A stretch of 62,954 nt of DNA, filler included, from Globobulimina sp. (GCA_003354225.1; 56 parts of 56 records of this genome joined end to end with filler, not necessarily neighbours in it); one strand, 5' to 3'. Shown: positions 49,555-62,360, counted from the whole stretch's first letter. Numbers and translations: made by a program. The notes: a model not told the origin generated them from the sequence alone.

Positions 49555-50579
49555 GCCTCCTTTGCCAGATACGCCCATCGCCGCGGATCCCAGTCATACG
49601 CCACCATCCGCCAATAAAATGCCCCGCACACGGCCCGCATTGCGCTGTTATCACAGTGACGGTCCACCAGAATATACCAACAACCAGTATCATTCGCGTA
49701 TATATGGCCATGGCCATGGCGCCCACCACCATGCTTATTATAACTCGCATGGACATTATGCCTATGGATACCCACCACATTATGCACACGGATACCCACC
49801 ACATCCCCCACGAGAAGCACATTATGCCCATGGACACCATGGATATGGCGCACATGGCTCAGGTCCGGGCTATGACGCACCGCAGACACAGTATGATATG
49901 AAGGATGAAGAGAGTGCGAAAAATAATGGCAAGGACAGCGAAGATCCGCTATTGACGTATTTGGGTGCTTTTGAACCAAACAGACCATTGACACCATTGA
50001 CTCCGAGGGATAAACAGCAGAAAGAAGAGGAAAGTGCGCCTGTCTCAGCGCCAGGGAAGAAACCAACGTTGCCGTTACATCAGAAATCATCTCCGCCGGA
50101 TTTTTTGTATCCGCAAGACGGCGGTAATGGTGCTACGCGTAATGCATTTTCGTCTGCGTTTGCTGGGAATAATTCCCATTGTCGGTTACCGCCAACAGCG
50201 TCAGGTAAAATTATTACTTTTTTATGCACAAATTATGTGATTTAGCAACAATGCAACAATAAATAGGTGCTCCCCATGGTCGACCATCGATAGAACAGTA
50301 TGCAAATTCTAACCCAGTCAATTTCAAAAAAATGCAGAACATGCAGGAAATCCAAGTATTACCACCACCAAATGTAAAAACACCGCATATTGAACCACAA
50401 AGTGCACCGTGCAAACCATTACTGGATAGTTATTCGTATAATGTCACTTGTTTGGGCGATGAGGCCAACGTTAAAACTGGCAAAGAAAAGGAAAAATGTG
50501 TGGCAGTGAAAAAGAAGAAGCATAAAAAGAAAAAGAAAAAGAAAAAAAAGAAGAAGATAGTGACTGCGGTCACTGCGCC
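49555..50579 (+). CDS. Low-complexity His/Gly/Tyr/Pro-rich protein with Lys-rich segment, probably spliced, partial
   Basis: ORFs 49562..50245 and 50332.. separated by an AT-rich intron-like stretch starting GTAAAA. Confidence 0.5.
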
Positions 50580-50679
50580 NNNNNNNNNNNNNNNNNNNNN
50601 NNNNNNNNNNNNNNNNNNNNNNNTTAATTAATTAANNNNNNNNNNNNNNNNNNNNNNNNNNNNNNNNNNNNNNNNNNNN

Positions 50680-51704
50680 GTGTGGTACCAGTAGTCACAA
50701 CAGCTTCAAGAGCAATATCTTTCAATAAAGCTTCTACATCTGCAATTGTAAAACCATTAGTGTCTTCAATTGCAAATCCTACTGAAGTAATACCTTTCAT
50801 AAGGATGTCAAGTCCAAGCATCCCGGCACTGGAACATAAAGTAATTATCACCTGGGATTCAGGCGTAAATCAAAAACATTCCACAAAAGATGTAATAGAA
50901 AAAATATTAATGATGAGTGGTTATGATAAATCTGCAGATGATCGATATAAACTAATTTGTAATAAAGATAATGCGGAAATAATATTCAATGACATGAAAG
51001 ATTTAATTTTTTTCTCTCATTATCAACAAAAATTACAGAAAATGGGATACCATATGACAAGGAATGAAGCACAAGAAAGTGAAGAAACACACGCATCAAT
51101 GTCTGATAATGATAATGATGACGATGGCGACGACGACGACGAAGACGATGATATCAATTTGGACGGTATCAATGTAACACCGCAAGGACCAGCACCACTT
51201 ACAGCGCCGATAAGTAATATTACTGATTTAGTCGAAATAAACTCAGAGTCGGAAGATAATGCCGATACAACATCGCATTTACATTTACATACAGGTCAAA
51301 TCGCAAAAACATCAAAAAAGCAAATTACAATCAAAGAAAACGCAAAAAATAACAATTCTTTTATCGATGAAGTATCCATAAAAATAATGCACAAATCCAG
51401 CAATAATGACAATGAGCAGCCATTCTCATTGAATAATAATAATAATAATTCTAACATTGATGACAATAAACAAGCATTATCGTTGGATGCAGTTGACATT
51501 CCATCGCAGGATTTGCCGAATGATTCGTTCTTTGCCGATTTTGGTCAAAATAATCATAAAAATGAATTAGAAGAAAATGATGTGGCAGTTCGTAACTTAT
51601 TTAATAATAATAATGGTCTACGAAATCCTCGGCCTGGCAATTTATTGTCAACTATAACTGCCCCATTACAACAGGCACCGACTAAAAGTATTCAAAAAGC
51701 GCCA
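50680..51704 (+). CDS. Hypothetical acidic/Asn-rich protein, partial
   Basis: Whole contig open in one frame. Confidence 0.55.
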
Positions 51705-51804
51705 NNNNNNNNNNNNNNNNNNNNNNNNNNNNNNNNNNNNNNNNNNNNTTAATTAATTAANNNNNNNNNNNNNNNNNNNNNNNNNNNNNNNNNNNNNNNN
51801 NNNN

Positions 51805-52829
51805 GCAACATTTTCTTTAAATTGTTTCTGTGTGAAAGCTAAAGTTAATTTTCGTTTATTTGCAACTTTATTAGTAATATCATGAACAGTTGTTTTTGCC
51901 CATTTTACTTTCCTGTCATTTAGGAGTGCTTTCATCTCTTTTTGTGCAATCTTTGGTGCATCATTTTGTTTGTAACTATAATTAGCTGCCGGCCGCGGCG
52001 GTACATGCTTCGCATTGACACCTTCCATATTCATATTTGGTATCTCGTCATATGTATACAGAGTGTCATCAAATTGCCATTGATAATTGTTTTCATTTCC
52101 TGTTACTCTCTTTGCATAGCCATATAATACTTTTTTTGTGGTTTTCTGATGAAAGCCAAAGTTAACAATTCTATCACCATTTGTTAACTCATAAATTTCA
52201 TTCTGTCTCGCTAATAAACGTAATTTATCCATCATGAAAAGGAAAACTTCTTTAATTTGTCCAATTCGTCCAATCGGTTCAATTATCATTGCTGGAAGGT
52301 CTGCTGTTAACTTTCTTGGAATTATATACAATGATCTTAGATCTTGGTCTTTTTTATCATTGTATTTATGTTCTTTACCAAGATTATTCTTTTTAAAATC
52401 GTCAGCTTTGTTATCTATTTCATCAACATTGTCAGCATTATAATTAATTAATTTTAAATCAGCAAAATATTTATGCACAAATTCTGTATATACAATATCT
52501 GTAAACCCATTTTTAATTTTACTGCAATTGAATGCATTAATATGCGCTGCATCAATTTCATGACAAAATGCTCTTAAAACATCAACAATATTATGTTGAA
52601 ATACACGTATTGCACATGGTATATTGGTAAGACCTGACGTCGCACTCTCAGACGATAAATATACACGTTCCACATCTTTACAATGGACAAGATAGCTCAC
52701 CGTAATGCCATTGTATTTTGTCAATGCATTCTTTAACCATCGCGGGTTATTCCTGCAGGTATTATAAATCCATGGTAACTCGGTATAGTTAAACATATCC
52801 ATTGCCAGCTTATTACTGTCAACAGGCTT
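51805..52829 (-). CDS. Hypothetical protein, partial
   Basis: Whole contig open in one frame; no domain recognised. Confidence 0.55.
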
Positions 52830-52929
52830 NNNNNNNNNNNNNNNNNNNNNNNNNNNNNNNNNNNNNNNNNNNNTTAATTAATTAANNNNNNNNNNNNNNN
52901 NNNNNNNNNNNNNNNNNNNNNNNNNNNNN

Positions 52930-53954
52930 CAACACACATCTTCATCACCGTCCTCAGCACACATAATCATATTTCCATATGCATGCATATCATCATCCCC
53001 ATCCCAACACACATCTTCATCACCGACATCGAATGCGTTATCATAACGACCCCGATTCATAGGCATAGCCAGCATACCATTAAGTTGTGCATCAAAATGA
53101 TCATCAAATAGATTAAATTCTTTTTTTTCTTCAAACTCAACTTCATTTTGTTGTAACTTATGCTTAACGACAATCATTGAAGTCCATGGTGTGACAAATT
53201 TATATTTCAAAGCCAATGCTAATGCAATTTGTTCACAATGTTCATCCGCATCATATTCAATCATATCATTGCTAATTAATTTATTTTCTGCAAATTGTTT
53301 TAATTTTAAATACGCCCAAATGCGTTCAACATTATCCTTCTCTTTGTCGTCATCTTTCTCCTTCTCATCATCCATTTCATTAAGCGATACTTTTATTTTT
53401 TTGTTTATTTCAATGGGTTTAACCACCATTTTAACATTGCTTTGTTTTCCGGTCATAGCAGATATATTGGCTGTCATTGTTAATACTTTGTCGTTCTTTA
53501 ATTGTCCACAAATAATAATATCATTTCCAGCATATAATGTATTGAAACATGTTTTGGTTAAATCCATACCGTCGATGCCTTCATATTTAATATTAATGTT
53601 TGACAAAACAGGTTTGGATAAAACATCAAAATACTCATTTAGTTGAGTCTCGCATTTTGATTCTTTGATTCGTTTATAAATACCATCGTTATTTAAAGCT
53701 AATAATTTCAAAAATGAATGATTTAAATCTTGCGTCCACGACGAATCATTTTGATCTGAACCAACACCAAAACAAAATATTGAGATTTGATTTACTTTAT
53801 TTTCCCGCATCACATTGGAAATAATGGTATTTGTGCTCGTTACGCCACTGTTTGGTTCGCCGTCTGTTATTAACACCAACTGATTCATAAAAAAATTATA
53901 TTCTGGCGTCTCATCCATTAATTTTATATCACTTTTAATTAAATCGATACCTTT
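52930..53954 (-). CDS. vWA domain protein, inter-alpha-trypsin inhibitor heavy chain-like, partial
   Basis: VLITDGEPNSG, IFCFGVG, FLKLLALNN.G, ERIWAYL, LALKYKFVTPWTSMIVVK. Confidence 0.88.
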
Positions 53955-54103
53955 NNNNNNNNNNNNNNNNNNNNNNNNNNNNNNNNNNNNNNNNNNNNTT
54001 AATTAATTAANNNNNNNNNNNNNNNNNNNNNNNNNNNNNNNNNNNNNNNNNNNNGATTCCACAAAACGGTGGAGTTTTTGTTGTGAGCTAACTGATCGAA
54101 GTG

Positions 54104-54802
54104 ATGGAGTTTTTAATTGTTAATGGCTACATACGAAAAGTTGAAAAAACAATCGAACCCAAAATCATTCCAATATCCATTAATCAGATTTGTTATAATT
54201 ATTATGGCTGTTATTATAAAAATATTGTAGACACATTCAAAACTGCTCATTATGGGATTACAATCTCAAACAATGGGAAAACTGTGACAAGCAAAGGTCA
54301 TGGTCGTGGTGGTCGTTATGGCAAAGCATTTGGAAGTATAGGAATTGAGGCAAGCAGCAAAAATAAATATAAATATAAATGGAAGTTGACATGTAAGCAA
54401 ATTAGAGGTGGAATATGCATTGGTATTCAACAAAACAGGAAGGTCTTTGCTGAGATAGATTATAATTATGGATATAATGGATGGGATGGTAAGATTCTTA
54501 AATACAATTTAGGAAAAGGTGAATATTATGGAATTGAATGGGATGTCGGTGATGTGATTGAAATGAGAGTTGATTTTGAAAAACAAGAACTGGGATATTC
54601 AGTAAATGGAATTGATCAAGGAATTGCTTTTCGGAATATACAGTTGGAAAAAACATATTATTTGGTTGTTTCTATGTATTTGGAGTGTAAAGGATCGAGC
54701 ATTGTTTTAAATGATTTCTGTAATTTTATGGAACAACAATGTGACCATAATGAAGTTGAAGAGCAAGAAAACAAAACACAATGTCCATGTATAATTATGT
54801 AA
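54104..54802 (+). CDS. SPRY/B30.2-like protein with N-terminal GYIR module and C-terminal CaaX (CPCIIM)
   Basis: YKWKL...ICIGI...GDVIEMRVDF...YSVNG.DQGIAF; ends CIIM*. Confidence 0.85.
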   Translation: MEFLIVNGYIRKVEKTIEPKIIPISINQICYNYYGCYYKNIVDTFKTAHYGITISNNGKTVTSKGHGRGGRYGKAFGSIGIEASSKNKYKYKWKLTCKQIRGGICIGIQQNRKVFAEIDYNYGYNGWDGKILKYNLGKGEYYGIEWDVGDVIEMRVDFEKQELGYSVNGIDQGIAFRNIQLEKTYYLVVSMYLECKGSSIVLNDFCNFMEQQCDHNEVEEQENKTQCPCIIM

Positions 54803-55179
54803 ATATAATGTAATTTCATCTGTAACTGAATAATAATTGTTTTCTTAGTGTTTTGAAGTGTTTGTGTATTAATATTAAAGTAATGGCAGACGTTTTAAAC
54901 ACCAGTCCGTCGATGAACAGTGTGAGTGTGTCGTACGACACCTCCTTCGACTCCCCCTCCAATTACACAATTGACTTTGGCCAACTAAGTGATTTTCGAG
55001 ACCGTTACATTTCATGTCTCCAATGTCTACACTTGTCTTTTAGATTGGCGATCCTAAATATGAATCTCATTCATGAATTNNNNNNNNNNNNNNNNNNNNN
55101 NNNNNNNNNNNNNNNNNNNNNNNTTAATTAATTAANNNNNNNNNNNNNNNNNNNNNNNNNNNNNNNNNNNNNNNNNNNN

Positions 55180-56014
55180 ACAAACATTGAATTCCCATCG
55201 ATCGAGATTGGCAACACATTGCCCATCGACAAAGCACATGCCGTCATAAAGAAATACGGTGCTGAGTATGATAAATTCTTAGTATATAAACAAGTGCAAT
55301 ACGTAACCAATGGGCTATGTTCTCAATTCACTTCGCATGAGATAGCAATCGAGAAATTTAATGACATGGACGACCATATTAAGAAACAATTGGAAGACAT
55401 CCAAACTGAGCTCAAAACCGGCTTAAAAATCGGAGTTAAATTATATTATATTAATTATTTATACTTTGAATTATAGTATTTCCTGAAATCAGTTTGTTCG
55501 GATCGCCAAGCCCCGCCTTCCAGAGCATCTTTCGGATGCGTACCAAAGACAGGCAGGGGAGAGGGCATTAAAGAAAGCCAAAGAAGAGGAATTTAAACGC
55601 ATTCAACAGGAAAACTTGAACGACGAAGAGAAAGTACGCGGTGTATCACAACGTGAATTGTTGCAGTCCAAAAAGCAAAATGAAATAAATATTGCAAAGA
55701 AGAAATCTGAGCAACAACAGGACGCGATTGATAATCAAATGAAGTTAGATTCTGCCAAGACTGAGGCTGAAATTGTAAGGGAGAATGCCAAAGCGCGCGC
55801 TGATGCAATTCGAGAGGAAGCAAATGCAAATCGAGAGTTATTGACTGAGGCATATTTATCATTGAAAAAATATGAAGGCCTGTTAGCAAACAACAAATTG
55901 GTATTTGGCTCCATTCCAAATAATGTATTCTTGAATGAAGGGGGTGCCAATGGTGAATGCAGTGCACCAATCAATGTGAAGGCAGCGCTCGGTGGTAAAA
56001 AACAAAAAACTTAA
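55180..56014 (+). CDS. Erlin-like SPFH/band-7 protein; intron 55435..55492; 5' partial
   Basis: KKYGAEYDK.LV, CS..T.HEI.I..F, VRIAKPRLP, N...LT..YL, ANNKLVFGSIPN. Confidence 0.8.
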
Positions 56015-56385
56015 ATGACATTTATTAATTATGTATGGTTTTTTTATAAAAAACTTTGGTGTTAGTTGTATAATCCTAAACGTCCAATGGCGTTGCAACA
56101 TACTCGTTTGATATCGAAAGTCTTCAAGTCACGCTTATATGCGATAAGTCAACGTCTCGCAAGTGATAGCGGTACCGGCGGAGCTCCGTATCGCCCATAT
56201 CCAGNNNNNNNNNNNNNNNNNNNNNNNNNNNNNNNNNNNNNNNNNNNNTTAATTAATTAANNNNNNNNNNNNNNNNNNNNNNNNNNNNNNNNNNNNNNNN
56301 NNNNAAACAATACTAAATAAAAAAATACGATGTCTAGTTTATGTACAACAATCCTTTCAATTAAAACTTAAGAAATCAATGAATT

Positions 56386-57329
56386 TTAAGTTTGCAATAA
56401 TCCGTCATATTTATTACTACGTTTCTTAAAAAAATAGCAACATCCAACCACACACATTATAATAAATATAACCAAACACGTAATCCAATATGCTTCACTC
56501 TTATCACTTTTGGCGGAATTATTATTTGGATGATGGGATGGATGAGTGGATGGGTGATTGGATGGACAAAAATCCTTCGTTACTTTGTTATGATTATCAA
56601 ATTGTTTTATAACACACGTATTGCACACAATTGCGCCACTCCCATCAATCCAACTGTCATTATACAAATTAACATTGCCACTCTGACAATATATGTTCTG
56701 TCCTCCTGCTCCTTCTGCAGTGTTGGATTTGATTGCCGATTTATTGAATAACTCAATTGTGCCGGAATAGAGATACATTCCTCCGCCTTTACCATACGCC
56801 TTATTATTGCGCACAAATGATTTATTCGATAATCTTACATAAAAAAACATACGTTTCTGTCTTTTTAAATCATGTATTAATATACACACACCTTAGATAA
56901 CCAGATGCGACGTGGATGCCAGCGCTATGATTATGAGCTTTGTTATTTTGGACAATTACATTGTTCATTAGCACTGATGCGGAATATATATATATTCCGC
57001 CACCAATATCAGCCTCATTGCATTCAAAAATGCAGATACTGATATTTTTAGCACTTCCGACTAATTCGATGAATAGTGCTCCACCAAGAGTTTGAGCATT
57101 TAATTGAGATGAAATATCTCGTAAAGGTGCTATACAATTTTTTATGGTTACTCCAATCAATGAATATGCTCCGGAATACATTTGAAATCCCCAGCCCTGC
57201 CGTTCACAATCAATTATTGTACGGGTCGCGTCGTTGGGATATTGTGTTGTAATTACTTTATATGAGTGAGTCAATCGGATGTTCATATTACCGGATCCTT
57301 TGTAAGTGCCTGGTAACATCATTAATATG
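56386..57329 (-). CDS. Surface protein with right-handed beta-helix (GGAL/GGGI repeats), PS/PT stalk, TM, YxxL tail; intron 56834..56891
   Basis: PGTYKGSGN, TIIDCE, GGALF, N.A..GGGIY, NKA..KGGGMY. Confidence 0.75.
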
Positions 57330-57429
57330 NNNNNNNNNNNNNNNNNNNNNNNNNNNNNNNNNNNNNNNNNNNNTTAATTAATTAANNNNNNNNNNNNNNN
57401 NNNNNNNNNNNNNNNNNNNNNNNNNNNNN

Positions 57430-57905
57430 AGGAATGGATAACATATAAAAATGATCAATGGATGGATAACATGTTAACAAATCCAGATCTTTCGAAGTTA
57501 AAACCATCTGAAAAATCACAAATAAAATTAAAATATATACAAACACTTAATACATTCGATACATTTAAAACATGGATCTTATCTATTTTTGTAATCACAC
57601 CAAACTATACAACATTTGAATCTCTATTTAAAAATATTAATATCCGATACCATGAAGACCCAACAAAATTAGTTCGTCGTTTGGGCCGATACTTTACACA
57701 AATTACGGACGTCATTAATTTATTAAATCGCACCACATATCGCAATTCCAAGCGTAAAATTGAAGACTTAACGGATAGAGATAAATTTAAAATATTATAC
57801 CGCATATTTATCACTAATAATTGGCAAAAACAATATGGAAATTACGGCAAAAACAATGACAAAATGCGTGTAAATATATTACAAAGTATTACAAAGTTGT
57901 GTTGA
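57430..57905 (+). CDS. Hypothetical protein, possibly retrotransposon gag-like
   Basis: TFDTFKTWIL..F and EDPTKLVRRL weakly resemble gag capsid motifs. Confidence 0.3.
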
Positions 57906-58899
57906 GCAAGTAGTATGTTTAAAAGTTAAATGTGAATTAAAAGTTTTTCTTCAAAATACTAAGAAATCAATTCATTATTAATATAACACTAATAAATCTG
58001 GATGGGATATACCAGATATGTTGTTTTCAGATCTTCTATAATATGTCTATAGTATCACCCTAATTTAAACAAATATTAGATTTTCTCTTATGTTTCTAAA
58101 CCTACTTTCTCCTATATTTCTAAAATCATTTTTCTTTTTTGATCTTCTGTTGTGTTTCTTTTATGTTTCGTTGAAATTTGATTTCTTTGATCTTCTCTTA
58201 TATTTCTACACCTACTTTCTCTCAATTTTCTACATAAATCTCTATTTTTTTAGTATGGAATTTAGCAGAATTTAAGATCAATAGAAAGTAAGTTTAGAAA
58301 TATAGGAGAAAGTAAAAAATCATTTGTTGAGTATATTTTGCGATATTTATACGTACAGACAATTGGCGACAACATGAAACACAACAACTTCCAATGCACC
58401 AACGTATGCGAAATATTATAATTGCATTATACTTTTATAAAAATCACAGATTGANNNNNNNNNNNNNNNNNNNNNNNNNNNNNNNNNNNNNNNNNNNNTT
58501 AATTAATTAANNNNNNNNNNNNNNNNNNNNNNNNNNNNNNNNNNNNNNNNNNNNACTACATATGGCGCGTTGTTTTAATACGGTGTATAGCTGTCCGCTA
58601 TCTACAGTAAACAATTAAAGTCTGACTTTGTGTTCTGTTCAGCTAATTCTGCCAACAACAAACAGCTAAAAAAACGCAATAGTGATTGTAGTGAACATCA
58701 AAAACAAGAGATGCTCATGTATCTTTATTTTAGAATGACACCATTTTTTATTGCTAACTCACATTCTAAAAACAAAGCATATAATAATAATGAAATGACT
58801 CAGGTAGGATTTAAACCTACATCCATGTGAGTTATATCCACAACATTTAGCTAATAAATCAACAGTTTAGGGAGTAAACAATTTAATGTACAGAACGTG

Positions 58900-59559
58900 T
58901 TACATCACTAATTGTATATAGTCCGTTTCCCCGGCATTGATTGCCACAGCCAATGACAAATCACCTTTCAACTCAACAGAAATGGCGTTACCATATTCTC
59001 GATTATTAATTGCATATCTTAGAAACACTGACTTCGACACAGTTTTGTGATGGTCAATCTCCACTGATATAACATCACCATATCCAATCACCATATTCCT
59101 ACTTTTGCCACAATAGTCATTCCCTGATGCACCACCTGAATAAATCAGACAATCAAACAAACAAAACCCAACACCGCCATATTCTCTATCCGTGAAATCA
59201 GTAATCTTTCCATGGCCATATTGTGTAATCTTTGCAGTCTCCAAAATGCCAACAATAATCCAACAACGCGCCCGTTTCTCACTGCGAATTATATTCGATT
59301 CCATATTTTGAACCAACCTCAATTTCTTGACAACTTTGCTTCCTTTTCCTATCACATCAGCAGCAAAGGCTGTTATCCATCCTCTCGAACATGGATATTT
59401 CCTACGAATCATATCCGAATATACAACAATGTCTTCATGCATATTATAGACAGTCCAGCATTGATACCACATCGCACAAAGTTGCATTATATCCAATGGC
59501 AACAAGACCAAGCTATTCTGGCGAATATAGCCAAAAACCAACAACTCGTTTCTGTTCAT
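58900..59559 (-). CDS. SPRY-like protein with N-terminal GYIR module
   Basis: LLVFGYIRQ; IIVGI...GDVISVEID...LRYAIN.REYG.A. Confidence 0.75.
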   Translation of the reverse strand: MNRNELLVFGYIRQNSLVLLPLDIMQLCAMWYQCWTVYNMHEDIVVYSDMIRRKYPCSRGWITAFAADVIGKGSKVVKKLRLVQNMESNIIRSEKRARCWIIVGILETAKITQYGHGKITDFTDREYGGVGFCLFDCLIYSGGASGNDYCGKSRNMVIGYGDVISVEIDHHKTVSKSVFLRYAINNREYGNAISVELKGDLSLAVAINAGETDYIQLVM

Positions 59560-60804
59560 ATTCAATTCAGTGACATTTTNNNNNNNNNNNNNNNNNNNNN
59601 NNNNNNNNNNNNNNNNNNNNNNNTTAATTAATTAANNNNNNNNNNNNNNNNNNNNNNNNNNNNNNNNNNNNNNNNNNNNGACATTAACGCCAACAAATTA
59701 TCCAACAATGTTGCAACATATTCATTCATTCATTCCTGCCCAATCTCCAATGTCTAAGTACAATTTATTAATATTTTGGAGCGCCAACAATGCCATTTTA
59801 GAATTTTTACAAAATACCATCTCACTGTCTTCCATAACACAGACAACCTCGCACATACTCATAGGGGCTGTTAAATACAAAAATTGTTTAGAACGCGCGC
59901 AAGTAACTGAAGGATGATACAGATAAATACAAAAAGTGTAAGTAAGTTTGGAGTTGAAAATGTCAACCACAGAATTTCACGAAGAAGTCTCCAAACGCCA
60001 TGAAAAAGTCATTCAATCACCAATCCCCATCAGAAACCTCAACAAACGTAGGTGTGATGACCGAAAACTCCTTATTTGTGGCAATCTGCTTCTCATTAAA
60101 TTATTCGATCGGAAGCTAGTGGTATTTTGGGTCTCCTGTTTGTATATTTTCAGTCTGGATTTGTAATGGATGCAATGAAACGAACAAATAATTGTGTTGA
60201 TGCATTGGTGCATAGAACAAAAGAAATATCCGATCGATGATTTGGTGCATTAAATATGATTGAACTTTATGTCTGGCCTTCGCTCACATTATTAAATGCC
60301 TATGTTTTTCATTTAAAACTTCCCTCTCATTCTATAAAATGTTAATATGGATTGAATTAATTGAAAGATTGTATGAATTGTCATATATTTAATTTCATTG
60401 ATTTATGCGTAATATACGATATATATATTAATATATATAAAACCGTTTTTGTTTCAAAAATCCGAACATATAATTCTAAAAAACATACGTTGTGGGAAGA
60501 CGGCCAATAATTGTTGATTCAAACATGATTAGTCTCAATTTCTCCGATATTACTTATTGATAAATATTGCAACATTTGCGTATTTTGTATGATTATAATA
60601 TCATATTTATTATCTTTGTCGTTTGCATTGATTTTCTTTACAATAATTCTTGAAAATGGTCCATTTTAAGAAAATGTAAGAAAGTATGTTTTTTGAGCAA
60701 ACAGNNNNNNNNNNNNNNNNNNNNNNNNNNNNNNNNNNNNNNNNNNNNTTAATTAATTAANNNNNNNNNNNNNNNNNNNNNNNNNNNNNNNNNNNNNNNN
60801 NNNN

Positions 60805-61242
60805 CATGTGAGGTAAACAATATGGTGCAGAAAATAAAAAATAACCACCGTTTGTAGCATAATCACATTTGCTTTGTGCAGCAGTGGTTGATGTTTTTTG
60901 TCTGACAGAACAGTCAATGTTAGGCACTTCAAATGATAATTTGGAATTATTGTTAATTTGACAAGCATATGCACTGAAATTGCTTTTTTTGTTTGTGTTT
61001 GTTTGGTTATATACGCCCGTCCAATGTGGATAAACCACAATTGCTGATAAATTATTATTGCTGGACACAAAGGCATATTCATCCACATTATCGTCTGAAT
61101 ATTCATATGTCGTATCTTGTTGATTCCATCCAGGCTGTTCCATTAATAATAGGTAATCATTTGGAAAGTAATTGATGGCGCATACAACTTGTCTCAATTT
61201 AATAACAAGCAACATTGAGAATATCAGCATTTTGTTGTACAT
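60805..61242 (-). CDS. Secreted phosphodiester glycosidase (NAGPA-like), 3' partial
   Basis: Signal peptide; C.VRQKTSTTA...CDYATNGGYF. Confidence 0.6.
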
Positions 61243-61270
61243 GATTTAGTTCGGTTTTGTTACTTTGATA

Positions 61271-61829
61271 ATGGCAGCCAACCTTGTTGTTGAAAACATT
61301 CTCTATGACATTAAAGTTGGTGATAAGATCAAATTAAACGGCAAAATAACCGGTAGCGGCATTGTGAAATATATTGGACCCATTGCAAACCAACCAGAGT
61401 ATGAGATATTTTATGGCATAATATTTAAGAAACCAATTGGTGACACAAATGGAAAAATTAAAAAGAAGATTTATTTCAAATGTAAAGCAAAATATGGTGC
61501 ATTTGTGCAAAGAACAGACATTATATATCCATTTCCCATCATATTCAATGAAATTTGTGATACCACATTCCACATATTATCATCCACTCTCTTTTTATAT
61601 TTTGACCCTGTTTCAATCGGTAATTTCTGTAAAATCAACAATGGTCTTTGTAAAATTATATTTAACATTGACGAAAATTACAGTTTAACCTGGAAAAAAC
61701 AATGGAGATTATTCATTTCGCCAAACTCCGAAAACGATAATTTTAGTAAACGATGGCAACGATTATACTCATTATATAAATCAACAATATTTGGCGGAGC
61801 TTACCAACATCAAGAAATTGCTTTTGGTG
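61271..61829 (+). CDS. CAP-Gly domain protein with downstream F-box-like region, 3' partial
   Basis: IKVGDKI...GIVKYIG....FYGI...PIGDTNG.....YFKC..KYGAFV. Confidence 0.8.
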
Positions 61830-62360
61830 NNNNNNNNNNNNNNNNNNNNNNNNNNNNNNNNNNNNNNNNNNNNTTAATTAATTAANNNNNNNNNNNNNNN
61901 NNNNNNNNNNNNNNNNNNNNNNNNNNNNNCGTTATCCAAAGAGTCCTGGGAGATTCAATAGATATATTTCTGATTGTCAGTATTCTAAATATATTGGCAC
62001 ATTAAACTTGATCTAGTCTAAATGTGTTGCAATTTTATTCAGTTTAAACGGCTCATTTTTTATTATTTGCAATGTTGTTTTGTTTAATTTTGATGGTAAA
62101 TAATTATTTGTGTTCAATCCAACAATATTCAATGATAATGTATCTGATTTGGATTTGTTTTGTCTTTTATTATACAAATCGCACAATTTTGGTTTCTTTT
62201 TGTCTTTGATTAATAATAAATGCACATTGCAACAAACAATGGATTTAAACGATAAATATCAACATTTTTTAGATTTTATCACCACAATCGAGGAATTGCT
62301 ACAATATCAAACGCACAAAGCAAGCAAAATGACTACAGAGTACATGTTTATTCAATGTTA

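Noticed and set aside
49499-50090. Antisense Met/His-rich ORFs opposite the His/Gly/Tyr-rich gene
   Set aside because: Shadow ORFs of low-complexity, GC-richer coding sequence.
16903-53954. Cross-contig gene clusters (e.g. VIT with vWA, integrase next to PCNA, bacterial next to eukaryotic genes as HGT)
   Set aside because: Contigs are ordered by length only; linkage across spacers is meaningless.
59948-60166. RKLLICGN as a possible fourth GYIR module
   Set aside because: It lacks the Y-I-R and the downstream P-x-x-I pattern.
1028-61929. Regularly spaced TTAATTAATTAA repeats resembling an array (CRISPR-like periodicity)
   Set aside because: They are artificial six-frame-stop linkers embedded in N runs.
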